DNA from: an uncultured Sphingorhabdus sp.
GTDB taxonomy: Bacteria > Pseudomonadota > Alphaproteobacteria > Sphingomonadales > Sphingomonadaceae
DNA: 64,000 bases
Direction of reading: 5' to 3'
NCBI GenBank assembly: GCA_964572205.1
Contig: CAZNEO010000004.1
Span: 3,185 to 67,184 of the forward strand
In this document: piece after piece, positions 29,089 through 37,851 of the stretch
Layout: every line of letters starts with the position of its first letter
How positions within the stretch are numbered: the stretch's first letter is position 1
Translations under genes and position numbers: made by a program
The notes under the pieces: model-generated
Seen by the model: only the letters and a program-made list of their open reading frames with translations
Told to the model about the DNA's origin: nothing
Database searches by the model: none

Positions 29089-29769
29089 ATGAGCCGACTC
29101 GCCCGATCTGCAAAGCTGCTTGCCCCGGTGCTGCTGCTGTCGCTTGCTGCCTGCGCCACTCCGTTTCGCGCCGATGTTTCGCGTTTTCAGGCGCTGCCCG
29201 CGCCGCAGGGGCAGACATTTGCTGTCGTGCCGACGGATCCTGAAAAGCATGGCGGGCTGGAATTTGCGCAATATGCAGGGCTGGTGGCGGCCGAAATGGA
29301 GCGGCTTGGCTATGTGCGGGCAACGTCCGATGGGGCCGCAGACCTGACGGTGACGCTGGATTATAAGGTGGATGACGGCAAAGAACGCACCGTCGTCGAC
29401 CGCGATCCTTTTTACGACCCATGGTGGGGCTTTGGCCGTCATGGAGGATTTTACTCACGGCCCTATGTGGTGCGCACGCGCCATGGCTATCGCTACATCT
29501 ATGGGTGGAACGACCCGTTCCTGTTCGGCGGAGCGGGCTTTGGCGGCGGCTATGATGTGCGCAGCTTCACGGTCTTTACCAGCGGCATAGACCTGAAAAT
29601 TTCGCGGACAGAAACGGGCGAACGCCTGTTTGAAGGCAAGGCCGAGGCAAAGTCGCGCTCCAACAAACTGTCCTATCTTGTCCCCAATCTGGTGGAGGCG
29701 ATGTTCACGGGCTTCCCCGGTAACAGCGGGGAAACATTGCGCATTTCGGTAGCGCCGGAGAAGAAATAG
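29089..29769 (+). CDS. DUF4136 family lipoprotein
   Basis: LAAC lipobox; Gly/Tyr-rich middle; LFEG.A and AMFTGFPG; GGAG RBS before ATG 29089. Confidence 0.82.
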   Translation: MSRLARSAKLLAPVLLLSLAACATPFRADVSRFQALPAPQGQTFAVVPTDPEKHGGLEFAQYAGLVAAEMERLGYVRATSDGAADLTVTLDYKVDDGKERTVVDRDPFYDPWWGFGRHGGFYSRPYVVRTRHGYRYIYGWNDPFLFGGAGFGGGYDVRSFTVFTSGIDLKISRTETGERLFEGKAEAKSRSNKLSYLVPNLVEAMFTGFPGNSGETLRISVAPEKK

Positions 29770-29845
29770 CGCGGCCGCTCAAGCAGACTTTTCCGCTAAA
29801 CTTTGCTGCGCGTTCGCCGTTTTCCTCCCTGACAGGAGTGAAATC

Positions 29846-30721
29846 ATGCGGCCATATCGGCAAACCCTTCCCGAATTTGCAGATTTTGACGCGCCGGTTC
29901 CGCCGATCCTTGCCGGCAACAGCCTTGCCGCGCACAGCCTGCGCCAACTGGTCGCGCTTGTTGCCAGTGCCGCTGACCCGATCCTGCTGACAGGGCCGAG
30001 CGGCGCGGGAAAGGAAGCGCTGGCCCGAGCGATCCATCGGCTTTCGCCAGTTGAAAACTGCCCCTTTGTCGCCGAACAAGGCGACCGGTTTGACATCGCC
30101 AAGCTGGAGGCGCGCTGGGAAGGCACGCTGTATATCAGCGCAGTCAACCTGTTGCCCATCACACAGCAGGCAATGCTGCTCCGCTGGCTGGGCAGCCCGC
30201 AGGCCAGGCATGTCCGACTTATCGTAGCGGCTAGGCAGGTGAGCGATCAGGACAGCGTCATTGCCCCCTTGCAACGGCATTTATGGCGGCTGCGTATCCC
30301 CTGCCCGTCGCTTGTCGCGCGCGCAGAGGACGTCCCTATGATCACCGAAAGTCTCTGGGCATCCGACCCGGATCGGCTTGCCCCGATCATGGACCAGCAG
30401 GGCTGGGCGGTGCTTGCCCACCATCGCCGCACCGCAGACTGGGACGCGCTGACCCGCATCGCTCGCAAGATGCAGGGGCTTTATGGCGGACGCATCGTCA
30501 CCGCTGCCCAACTGGCCATCATGCTCGATGGGCGCGACGAAGCGCGGCTGGATTGCAGCAATTTCAGCCTGAAACAGCATCTGGCCCAAGAGGAACGGCG
30601 CTTCCTTGTCGAGGCTCTGCTCAGCAGCAATGGTGTCATTGCCCGCGCGGCTGATCTCGCCGGGCTGAAACGCACGACTTTCCTTGCCAAGATGAAGCGC
30701 CACGGCCTCGCCCGGATATAG
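29846..30721 (+). CDS. Degenerate sigma54-activator-like protein with Fis-type HTH
   Basis: ILLTGPSGAGKEALARAIH..S Walker A and GVIARAADLAGLKRTT HTH; no GAFTGA and no Walker B DE. Confidence 0.8.
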   Translation: MRPYRQTLPEFADFDAPVPPILAGNSLAAHSLRQLVALVASAADPILLTGPSGAGKEALARAIHRLSPVENCPFVAEQGDRFDIAKLEARWEGTLYISAVNLLPITQQAMLLRWLGSPQARHVRLIVAARQVSDQDSVIAPLQRHLWRLRIPCPSLVARAEDVPMITESLWASDPDRLAPIMDQQGWAVLAHHRRTADWDALTRIARKMQGLYGGRIVTAAQLAIMLDGRDEARLDCSNFSLKQHLAQEERRFLVEALLSSNGVIARAADLAGLKRTTFLAKMKRHGLARI

Positions 30722-30734
30722 GATGCCCCCGCGG

Positions 30735-31916
30735 TCAAACGCCGCAGTTCAAATCTGTCTTGCCAAAGGTGCGGCCTTCGCCAGCCGTGGCGCCAATGCC
30801 GGCATAGATTTCGGTATTGGCAAATTGTCCGTCGCGGCCAATCTTATACCCCGCCGCCCGGAACACTGCGATGACCTTGTCTGGCGGATCCGCAAAATAG
30901 AGCGATTGCGATTCATAATGCTGGGCAATGCCAGTGATGGATAGGCCATTAAACGATCGTTCGAGCCGCTGAAAATAGGATTTGCCCTCAAAGGCAATCA
31001 GCGCCTTGTCGCGCGCTTCATCCGACGCAAATTCAGTCTGGTCGATGACCCGATAGGCCGCGCGCGATTTCGCATTAAGCTTGCCAAATTCCGCCTCCAA
31101 CTCACCGCCAAAGGCGCAGCTTGCGGGGTTGAAACGGATGGCAATCGGCGGTCCCTTCGCCTCCGACGCCTTGGCAATGCGCACGCCGTCCGCAATGTAG
31201 CCGACTCCGCCCTTGCGCAGCTTGATCTCAATAAAGTCATCGGCCGTCAGTCCGAACAGCGTCAGCGCCAGCCCAGCCGAGGCGGTATCCAGCACTGCCG
31301 AACTGCTGTCAGGACTTGCAAAAATCGGCATTTGCCGGTCCGTTTTCCACAACCGGTCACCCAGCGGCTCGACAATTTCCGGGCGCTCTTCCTCCGACAG
31401 GTTGGCGGTGGCGACATAGCCCTTCCCATCGGCAAGCTTCAGCCATGGTGTCGTGCCGTCCTCGCCCGTGATGATCTCGCCAGCCAGCGCCTCGCCCCGC
31501 GCCGCTTTGCCGATAATGGCAGTGCCGTCTGTCGTTGCCCGGTCGCGGATGTTGGCCTGGGTAACGGCAAAAAGGTTGACCTGCTCGGCTGGGGTGACAG
31601 CCGTTTTCGGGGCTGGCTGCACTGGCGGGTCGGCAGCCAGATCGTCACGGAGGAAAATGAAGTAATAGAGGATAAGCAGCGCGATGATTGCCGCCGCGCC
31701 ACCAATCAACAGCCAGTTCGGGCGGTTGCCCTCGGTCGCATCGTCTGCCAGTTCAGGCTCAGCATCCCCCGGCATAGGCAGAGCGGGTGGTGCATCATCA
31801 GGAGCAGCAGCGGCTGCGACGCCCCCGTCCACCGGCACCGGCGCACCGCATTCACCGCAAAAGCGCGCGCCTCTGTTAAGCGCAGCGCCGCAACTGATGC
31901 AATATTTCGCCATCAC
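30735..31916 (-). CDS. Zinc-ribbon, transmembrane helix and SH3-like domain protein
   Basis: CISCG..FCGECG, one TM helix, ANIRDRAT...GYVA and a second ...GYIA SH3b-like repeat. Confidence 0.72.
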   Translation of the reverse strand: MMAKYCISCGAALNRGARFCGECGAPVPVDGGVAAAAAPDDAPPALPMPGDAEPELADDATEGNRPNWLLIGGAAAIIALLILYYFIFLRDDLAADPPVQPAPKTAVTPAEQVNLFAVTQANIRDRATTDGTAIIGKAARGEALAGEIITGEDGTTPWLKLADGKGYVATANLSEEERPEIVEPLGDRLWKTDRQMPIFASPDSSSAVLDTASAGLALTLFGLTADDFIEIKLRKGGVGYIADGVRIAKASEAKGPPIAIRFNPASCAFGGELEAEFGKLNAKSRAAYRVIDQTEFASDEARDKALIAFEGKSYFQRLERSFNGLSITGIAQHYESQSLYFADPPDKVIAVFRAAGYKIGRDGQFANTEIYAGIGATAGEGRTFGKTDLNCGV

Positions 31917-31978
31917 GCACCTTATCGAATCCGCCTGAAGGACGGATAAAGCGCCCTGACGCCCAAGGAAAGTAAAGC

Positions 31979-33388
31979 TTAGGCTTCCAGCTGGCGAAGC
32001 AGCGCACGGACGTCATTATCCATGTCATTGTCCATCCGCCGCAGATCCTCAACCAGCCGCACGGCGTGGATGACAGTGCTGTGATCCCGCCCGCCAAATT
32101 TGCGGCCAATTTCCGGGTAGCTGCGCGGCGTCATGACCTTAGCCAGATACATCGCCACTTGGCGGGGACGCACTACAGCGCGGGCGCGGCGCTTGGACGA
32201 CATTTCGCTGCGGTCGATCCGATAATATTCGCAAACGGCGCGCTGGATTTCATCGATGGTGATCCGGCGGCGGCAGGCGCTGAGAATATCCTTCAGCTGC
32301 TCTTCGGCCAGCGTCCGGGTGATTGGCTTGCCGGTCAGCTGCGAATAGGCGATCAGCTTGTTCAGCCCGCCTTCCAGCTCGCGCACATTGCGGCTGATCG
32401 TGCGGGCCAGGAAGTCGATCACATCCTCGCCCACTTGGGTTTCGGGCATGGCCGCCAGCCGCTGCTTCAAAATGGCGCGGCGCAGCTCAAGGTCGGCGGG
32501 CTGGATATCGGCAACCAGCCCCATCGACAGGCGCGACAGAATGCGCTGATCGACACCGTCCAGTGCCTGGGGTGCACGGTCAGCGGCAACGACCAGCCGT
32601 TTGCCTGCGCCCAATATCGCATCAACTGTGTGCAGGAATTCCTCTTGCGTCGACACCTTGCCAATGATGAACTGGATATCGTCGATCAGCAAAATGTCGA
32701 CCGCGCGCAGCCGCGCCTTAAACTCCATCACTTCCTTGCGGCGCATGGCGGAGACAAACTCCATCATGAATTTTTCCGCCGACATATATAATATCTGGGC
32801 ATCGGGATTGATTGCCGCATAGGCATGGCCAATGGCGTGCATCAGGTGCGTCTTGCCCTGCCCCGTCGCTGCTTGCAAATAGAGCGGGTTGAAAAGCGGG
32901 CGCTCTGCCGCAGCAACACGCTCGGCGGCGGCGACAGCAAGGACATTGGTTTGCCCGCGCACAAAATTGGCAAATGTCAGGCGAGGATCAAGCGTGGAGC
33001 GAACCGGAAGCGCCTCCACGATCTGCGCCACAACCGGGCGTTCTGGCACGCCATTGCCATGCAGCATTTCAACACGGGGGGCGCCCGGCTTGCCGCGCAC
33101 TTTCAACTGGCGGACAGCCGGATTTACGCTGGACCAGGCCAAGCGGATACGATCGGCATAATGATCCGAAACCCAGCTTGCGGAAAAATCGGACGGCGTC
33201 AGCAACTCAAGCGTTCCGGTGAGCGCGCAAAAATCGCCCAGCCCTATCCCGCGAATCCACTGACCATAAATTTGCGCGCCAAGATCACGCCGCAAACGCG
33301 ACGTTACAATCTGCCAGTCTGCTTCAAAGGCTGCGCTCGGTTCATTATTATTGATCGACTCCAATACCTGCGACGCCACGTCGTCCAC
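31979..33388 (-). CDS. dnaA: Chromosomal replication initiator
   Basis: FNPLYL..TGQGKTHL, LLIDDIQF, NVRELEG, RPRQVAMYL, GGRDHSTV; probable GTG start at 33388. Confidence 0.97.
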   Translation of the reverse strand: MDDVASQVLESINNNEPSAAFEADWQIVTSRLRRDLGAQIYGQWIRGIGLGDFCALTGTLELLTPSDFSASWVSDHYADRIRLAWSSVNPAVRQLKVRGKPGAPRVEMLHGNGVPERPVVAQIVEALPVRSTLDPRLTFANFVRGQTNVLAVAAAERVAAAERPLFNPLYLQAATGQGKTHLMHAIGHAYAAINPDAQILYMSAEKFMMEFVSAMRRKEVMEFKARLRAVDILLIDDIQFIIGKVSTQEEFLHTVDAILGAGKRLVVAADRAPQALDGVDQRILSRLSMGLVADIQPADLELRRAILKQRLAAMPETQVGEDVIDFLARTISRNVRELEGGLNKLIAYSQLTGKPITRTLAEEQLKDILSACRRRITIDEIQRAVCEYYRIDRSEMSSKRRARAVVRPRQVAMYLAKVMTPRSYPEIGRKFGGRDHSTVIHAVRLVEDLRRMDNDMDNDVRALLRQLEA

Positions 33389-33554
33389 CCCTTTCACCCC
33401 TCCAGTGACGCACCGCCCATTGGTTCTTTGTCTGCAAAGGCTCACCCCGCAAATGACGCAACAATCCCAACCGTTCAAAGTCCCCCGACCCCAACGGAAA
33501 AAATGCAACGAAACTGGCAAGGCAGCCGAGACGTGGGTCGCGTGCTGCTGGAAG

Positions 33555-33631
33555 CAACAACTTTAAGCGGGCAATTTTGAGTCGGGCAAGGGGTAGGCGT
33601 GTCAAAAAAGTGAAATAAACCGGCTTGACTC
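33555..33631 (-). promoter_or_regulatory. Candidate dnaA promoter with CcrM GANTC sites
   Basis: Minus strand TTGCCC-GACTCAAAATTGCCCGC-TTAAAGT; GANTC at 33579-33583 and 33627-33631. Confidence 0.5.
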
Positions 33632-33773
33632 GGCTATGCCCGCGCAAATGCGTGAAAAAATTTTTAACCGCCTGTTTTGCTGAATTTTCCTGTGGAAAGC
33701 TTGTGCGCAAGCCCGCCGAATCGTAGGGTTTCCGTCATTTGACAGGGCCGCCGCCGCCAAGGAAGCGCGCAAG

Positions 33774-33802
33774 AAAAAAGCCCGGCTGCAACAGCCAGGC
33801 TC
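33774..33802 (-). terminator. Intrinsic terminator after rpsT
   Basis: gcctggctg-ttg-cagccgggc followed by a T6 run on the minus strand. Confidence 0.75.
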
Positions 33803-33855
33803 TTCATCGTTCCTGCGATACACAAATCCGACACATAGATGTCGAAAAAGCCGAA

Positions 33856-34119
33856 TCAGCCTAGGGCAGCAACCCTTTTGGTCAGACGGCTGAATTTGCG
33901 CGATGCCATATTCTTGTGCAGCACACCTTTGGCAACGCCGCGCGCCAGTTCAGGCTGAACTTCGGCAAGCGCCACAGTCGCAGCCGGCTTGTCTCCAGCT
34001 TCCAATGCAGCTTCGACCTTTTTCACGAAAGTGCGAATACGGCTGATACGGTTGCCGTTAATTTCATTGCGACGCTCGTTACGGCGGATGCGCTTGCGAG
34101 CCTGTGGCGTATTGGCCAT
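33856..34119 (-). CDS. rpsT: 30S ribosomal protein S20
   Basis: [26 protein letters not shown]; GAGGA RBS. Confidence 0.97.
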   Translation of the reverse strand: MANTPQARKRIRRNERRNEINGNRISRIRTFVKKVEAALEAGDKPAATVALAEVQPELARGVAKGVLHKNMASRKFSRLTKRVAALG

Positions 34120-34233
34120 ATTTGTCCTCAAATAATTCAGATGGTTACGACGTGGCCATATTGTCCCATCGCCGATGAAGCGCCGCCCTTAGCGGTAGCA
34201 TGGAGATTCGTCAACCAACGATTTCCGCCCTTT

Positions 34234-35046
34234 TCATCGTTGGCAGCGCGCACAGTAAAAGGTGGAACGCCCGGAATCGATCCGGCGCAGCACACTGGCC
34301 CCACACTGGCACAACTCCCCTTCGCGGCCATAGACCAGCCAGTCCTTGGCAAAATATCCCAGTTCGCCGTCCGGCGCCGCAAAATCGCGCAGGGTGGAGC
34401 CGCCAGCGCGGATTGCAGCGGCCAGAACGTCCTTTATGGCTCTCACCAGCCGTTCGAGCCGCGCCATCCCCAGTCGGCCAGCGGGTGTCATGGGTGAGAT
34501 GCCCGCCATGTGCAGCGCCTCGCACACATAGATATTGCCAAGGCCCGCAACCACGGACTGGTTCAGCAACATGGCCTTGATCGGTGCAACGCGCCCCTGC
34601 AACGCGTGTTTTAACGCTTGCGCGTCAAAGGCATCGGACAAGGGTTCCGGACCCATTGTGACAAAATGCCGGAACATGGCCAATTCCGTTGTCCGCACGA
34701 TATCAAGCGAACCGAAACGGCGATGATCGTTGAGGGCAACCACCCGGCCCGCTTCGGTTTCCAGGATGAAATGGTCGTGCTTTTCGATCGTTTCCGGGTC
34801 AACGCGCCATCTCCCTGACATGCCGAGGTGAAAAATCAATATGTCATCGCGGTCGGTGTGGATCAGGCCATATTTAGCGCGGCGGCCCAGCCCGGTCACC
34901 CGGGCACCTGTCAGCCGTTGCCGCAAGTCCCCCGGCAACGGCCAGCGCAAATCGGCCCGTCGCGGCTCTGCCCGCACAATCCGTTCACCGTCCAGAACGG
35001 CGCGCAGCCCTGCAACGGTGGTTTCAACTTCGGGAAGCTCTGGCAT
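34234..35046 (-). CDS. mutM: Formamidopyrimidine-DNA glycosylase
   Basis: MPELPEVE, RRAKY, HLGMSG, GLGNIY, C-terminal zinc finger. Confidence 0.97.
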   Translation of the reverse strand: MPELPEVETTVAGLRAVLDGERIVRAEPRRADLRWPLPGDLRQRLTGARVTGLGRRAKYGLIHTDRDDILIFHLGMSGRWRVDPETIEKHDHFILETEAGRVVALNDHRRFGSLDIVRTTELAMFRHFVTMGPEPLSDAFDAQALKHALQGRVAPIKAMLLNQSVVAGLGNIYVCEALHMAGISPMTPAGRLGMARLERLVRAIKDVLAAAIRAGGSTLRDFAAPDGELGYFAKDWLVYGREGELCQCGASVLRRIDSGRSTFYCARCQR

Positions 35047-35117
35047 GGGGCGTGCGCTAATCCGCGCTGCGCGATTTTGCCAGCGCGTTATTCACATTTG
35101 GGCGCATGGTTGGCATG

Positions 35118-35636
35118 TCAGCCCTCAACACCTTGCCGTTCCTGAAGCACTTCGGCCTCGATGCGTATCCGCCAATAGAGCAGCATCGCATTGGCCAGCG
35201 AATAGAAAAGCGCCACAAGCGGCGCGCCAAGGAGCAACGGCAGCAACACAATCTCAACTGCGACCACACTATAATTAGGATGCGGCATGAAACGGTAAGG
35301 CCCTTTGCGGACACGCGGAAAATGGGGCGCGCTGATAATCCGCGTGGTCCACCATCGCCCGATACTGGCCAACACCCAGAAACGGAAAAGCTGGCTTGCG
35401 ACAAATGCCCAAAAAAGGAAAGCCGGTGGCTGCATCTCCGGCTTTGCCCATAAGGCGATCGAAACAAGCCAGCTGCCATGCAGCAGGATAAACAGCGGAT
35501 AATGCTTGCGGCCATGTTCACATCCGCCTTCCGCCAGCAGGCGTCTGGTATTGGCCGCGGCATAGACAAGCTCTGCCAGCCGCTGGATGACCACATAAGC
35601 CAGCACGGCCAATGCCCAGACCGGCCAGTCGGTCAT
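35118..35636 (-). CDS. Isoprenylcysteine carboxyl methyltransferase family (BpsB/SrsB-like)
   Basis: QRLAEL, G.EHG..HY, W.TRI, GPYRF..HPNY, RIRIE. Confidence 0.88.
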   Translation of the reverse strand: MTDWPVWALAVLAYVVIQRLAELVYAAANTRRLLAEGGCEHGRKHYPLFILLHGSWLVSIALWAKPEMQPPAFLFWAFVASQLFRFWVLASIGRWWTTRIISAPHFPRVRKGPYRFMPHPNYSVVAVEIVLLPLLLGAPLVALFYSLANAMLLYWRIRIEAEVLQERQGVEG

Positions 35637-36652
35637 GGGCGCACCAGGCCAAGCGCGCCGGTGAAGCCCGGGCCCAATGCCGTGATAATCGTAGGGCCAG
35701 AGAGCGGACCGGCGTCGAGCAGCGATTGAAGGACGAAAAGCACAGTGGGCGAGCTCATATTGCCATAGGCTTGCAGCACGGATCGCGTGCGGCCAAGGTC
35801 ATGGCCGAAATAGCCAGCCAGCGCATCGACGACGCGGCCGCCGCCGGGGTGGCACGCAGGCTCCGCCAGATTGGCTTTTTCCAGTGCATTGGCCGCAAGA
35901 AAGGCATCGGCAACGGGCGCAAAGTCCCTTGCGACAAAGGCCGGAATGTCGCGCGCAAGCACAAGATCAAAGCCCGTCTCGCCAATATCCCAGCCCATCA
36001 TGTCAATGCTGTCAGGCCATACATGCTGAGCAAAAGCCCCAATCTGCGCACCGCTGCCATCGCCGATGACCGCTGCTGCGCAGCCATCGGCAAATAGCGC
36101 AAGCGCAACCATATCCTTTTTTTCCATCTGCGCATGGTCATAGGCCATGCTGCATAGCTCTAGGCAAACCAGCAGGACTGGCCGTGTGGGTGCTGCGCGA
36201 TACAGGTCGGTTGCCAGCGACAGGCCCACTACGCCGCCAGCACAGCCATAGCCGAACACTGGCACCGTGCGCACCTCACGACCAAAACCCATATTGTCCA
36301 GCATCCGGCTGGGCAGGCTGGGGGTCATTGTGCCGGTGGTGGATACAAAGACAATCTGGCCAATGTCCCCCGCGCATAGGCCAGCCTTGTCAAGCGCCGT
36401 GCTGACAGCATCCCTAAACAGTGCCTCAGCTGACTGTGCATAAAGCCGCGCGCGTTCTGCCCAGCTGCGTTGGCCAAGATAATAATCGGGCGGCATGGCA
36501 AGAGAGCGTTGCGTAATACCACTGTTGCGCAATATTTGTTCCATGCGCGGACGCAGCGCCTTGCCGCGTGCACGTTCCAGCACGGCCATGACTTCATCTT
36601 GTGTGATTTTATGCGGCGGCACGGATGTGCCGATTGACAAAATATTGGGCAT
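35633..36652 (-). CDS. Type III polyketide synthase (BpsA/SrsA-like)
   Basis: Catalytic triad GYGCAGG / CHPGG / GNMSS; ALF.DG.AA; ALGPGF. Confidence 0.92.
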   Translation of the reverse strand: MPNILSIGTSVPPHKITQDEVMAVLERARGKALRPRMEQILRNSGITQRSLAMPPDYYLGQRSWAERARLYAQSAEALFRDAVSTALDKAGLCAGDIGQIVFVSTTGTMTPSLPSRMLDNMGFGREVRTVPVFGYGCAGGVVGLSLATDLYRAAPTRPVLLVCLELCSMAYDHAQMEKKDMVALALFADGCAAAVIGDGSGAQIGAFAQHVWPDSIDMMGWDIGETGFDLVLARDIPAFVARDFAPVADAFLAANALEKANLAEPACHPGGGRVVDALAGYFGHDLGRTRSVLQAYGNMSSPTVLFVLQSLLDAGPLSGPTIITALGPGFTGALGLVRP

Positions 36653-36738
36653 TATGCGTCGCATAAGGCAGCAAAAACTATTGCGCCACAATTTTTGCGG
36701 CTTTTGTTGTCGCAGGGCCAATGCTAGCAACCAGACAT

Positions 36739-37851
36739 ATGGCAGGGGAACTGGAAGCAGCCGGAACGATTGTGGAAGGCGCGCTGCTCGGCGCGGCGGT
36801 TGAATCGTCTGATGGCCAAACCCGCCTGGATGAAAATGGCGAAAGCGATAGCGTCTGTCTGAATTGCGGGGCGCGGCTTGCCGGTCCATTTTGTGCGGCC
36901 TGTGGGCAGAAAGCGCATGTCCACCGCACATTGTCAGCCATTGGGCATGATGTGCTGCATTCGGTCTTCCATTTTGACGGAAAATTGTGGCGCACATTGC
37001 CGCTTCTGCTTTTCAGGCCGGGAGAGCTGACGCGGCGTTATGTGCATGGGGAGAGGGCGAAATTCGTCTCGCCCATGGCACTGTTTCTCTTCACGATTTT
37101 CCTGATGTTCGCAGTGTTCAGCTTTTCAGGGGGAGGCTCCTCATCGGTCGGCGGTAATTGGCAGACCCAGATGGTAAAAGAAGGCGCAGAGCTCGATCAG
37201 AAAATCATCGAAGCCGAAGCGCAACTGAAAGCTGCCGCCCACAATCCGGCAGAAATCCAAAAAGTAACAGAAGAGCTGAGAGAGCTGAAATCGGAACGCA
37301 ACGGTATCGCCTTTGCGACCACAGGCAAGCCGATTTATGACGATGTCGGCGGCGAGGTAGCGGTCAACGACAATGTTTCAATGGAAGCGTATAAATCAGA
37401 CACCGGCTGGAAATGGCTGGATGACCGGCTGAACAAGGGCGGCTCCAAAATGCTCCAAAACCCCGGCCTTGCCCTTTATAAGCTTCAGTCCAACGGCTAT
37501 AAATTTGCATGGCTGCTTATCCCTTTGTCGCTGCCCTTTGTCTGGCTGGTGACGCTCGGCGTGCGCGGGCATCGTTTTTACGATCATGCCGTGTTCACCA
37601 CCTATTCGATCAGCTTCATGTGCCTGTTATTTGTGGTGGCATCTGTTGCTGGCTGGCTAGGGATAGCCGAGGGCTTGCTCGCCGCTGCCTTCGCCGTTGC
37701 GCCTGCCGCGCATCTTTATAAGCAACTGCGTCACGCCTATGGGCTAAGCCGGGCGGGAACGGTGTTGCGCATGGTCCCGCTTACCATTTCCATTGTCTTC
37801 GTTTTGACATTGTTTTTCACAATCCTGCTAATGCTGGGAATCATGGGATGA
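36739..37851 (+). CDS. DUF3667 family zinc-finger membrane protein
   Basis: CLNCG..L.GPFC..CGQ, DGKLWRTL, RPGELTRRY..G.R..FVSP. Confidence 0.85.
   Translation: MAGELEAAGTIVEGALLGAAVESSDGQTRLDENGESDSVCLNCGARLAGPFCAACGQKAHVHRTLSAIGHDVLHSVFHFDGKLWRTLPLLLFRPGELTRRYVHGERAKFVSPMALFLFTIFLMFAVFSFSGGGSSSVGGNWQTQMVKEGAELDQKIIEAEAQLKAAAHNPAEIQKVTEELRELKSERNGIAFATTGKPIYDDVGGEVAVNDNVSMEAYKSDTGWKWLDDRLNKGGSKMLQNPGLALYKLQSNGYKFAWLLIPLSLPFVWLVTLGVRGHRFYDHAVFTTYSISFMCLLFVVASVAGWLGIAEGLLAAAFAVAPAAHLYKQLRHAYGLSRAGTVLRMVPLTISIVFVLTLFFTILLMLGIMG

Noticed and set aside
33389-33855. Replication origin upstream of dnaA
   Set aside because: Only one weak DnaA-box-like site (tgtggaaag, 33691-33699) and no clear unwinding element; alphaproteobacterial oriC is often unlinked to dnaA
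36653-36997. Long N-terminal extension of the type III PKS
   Set aside because: Antisense to the DUF3667 gene; family similarity begins at ATG 36652
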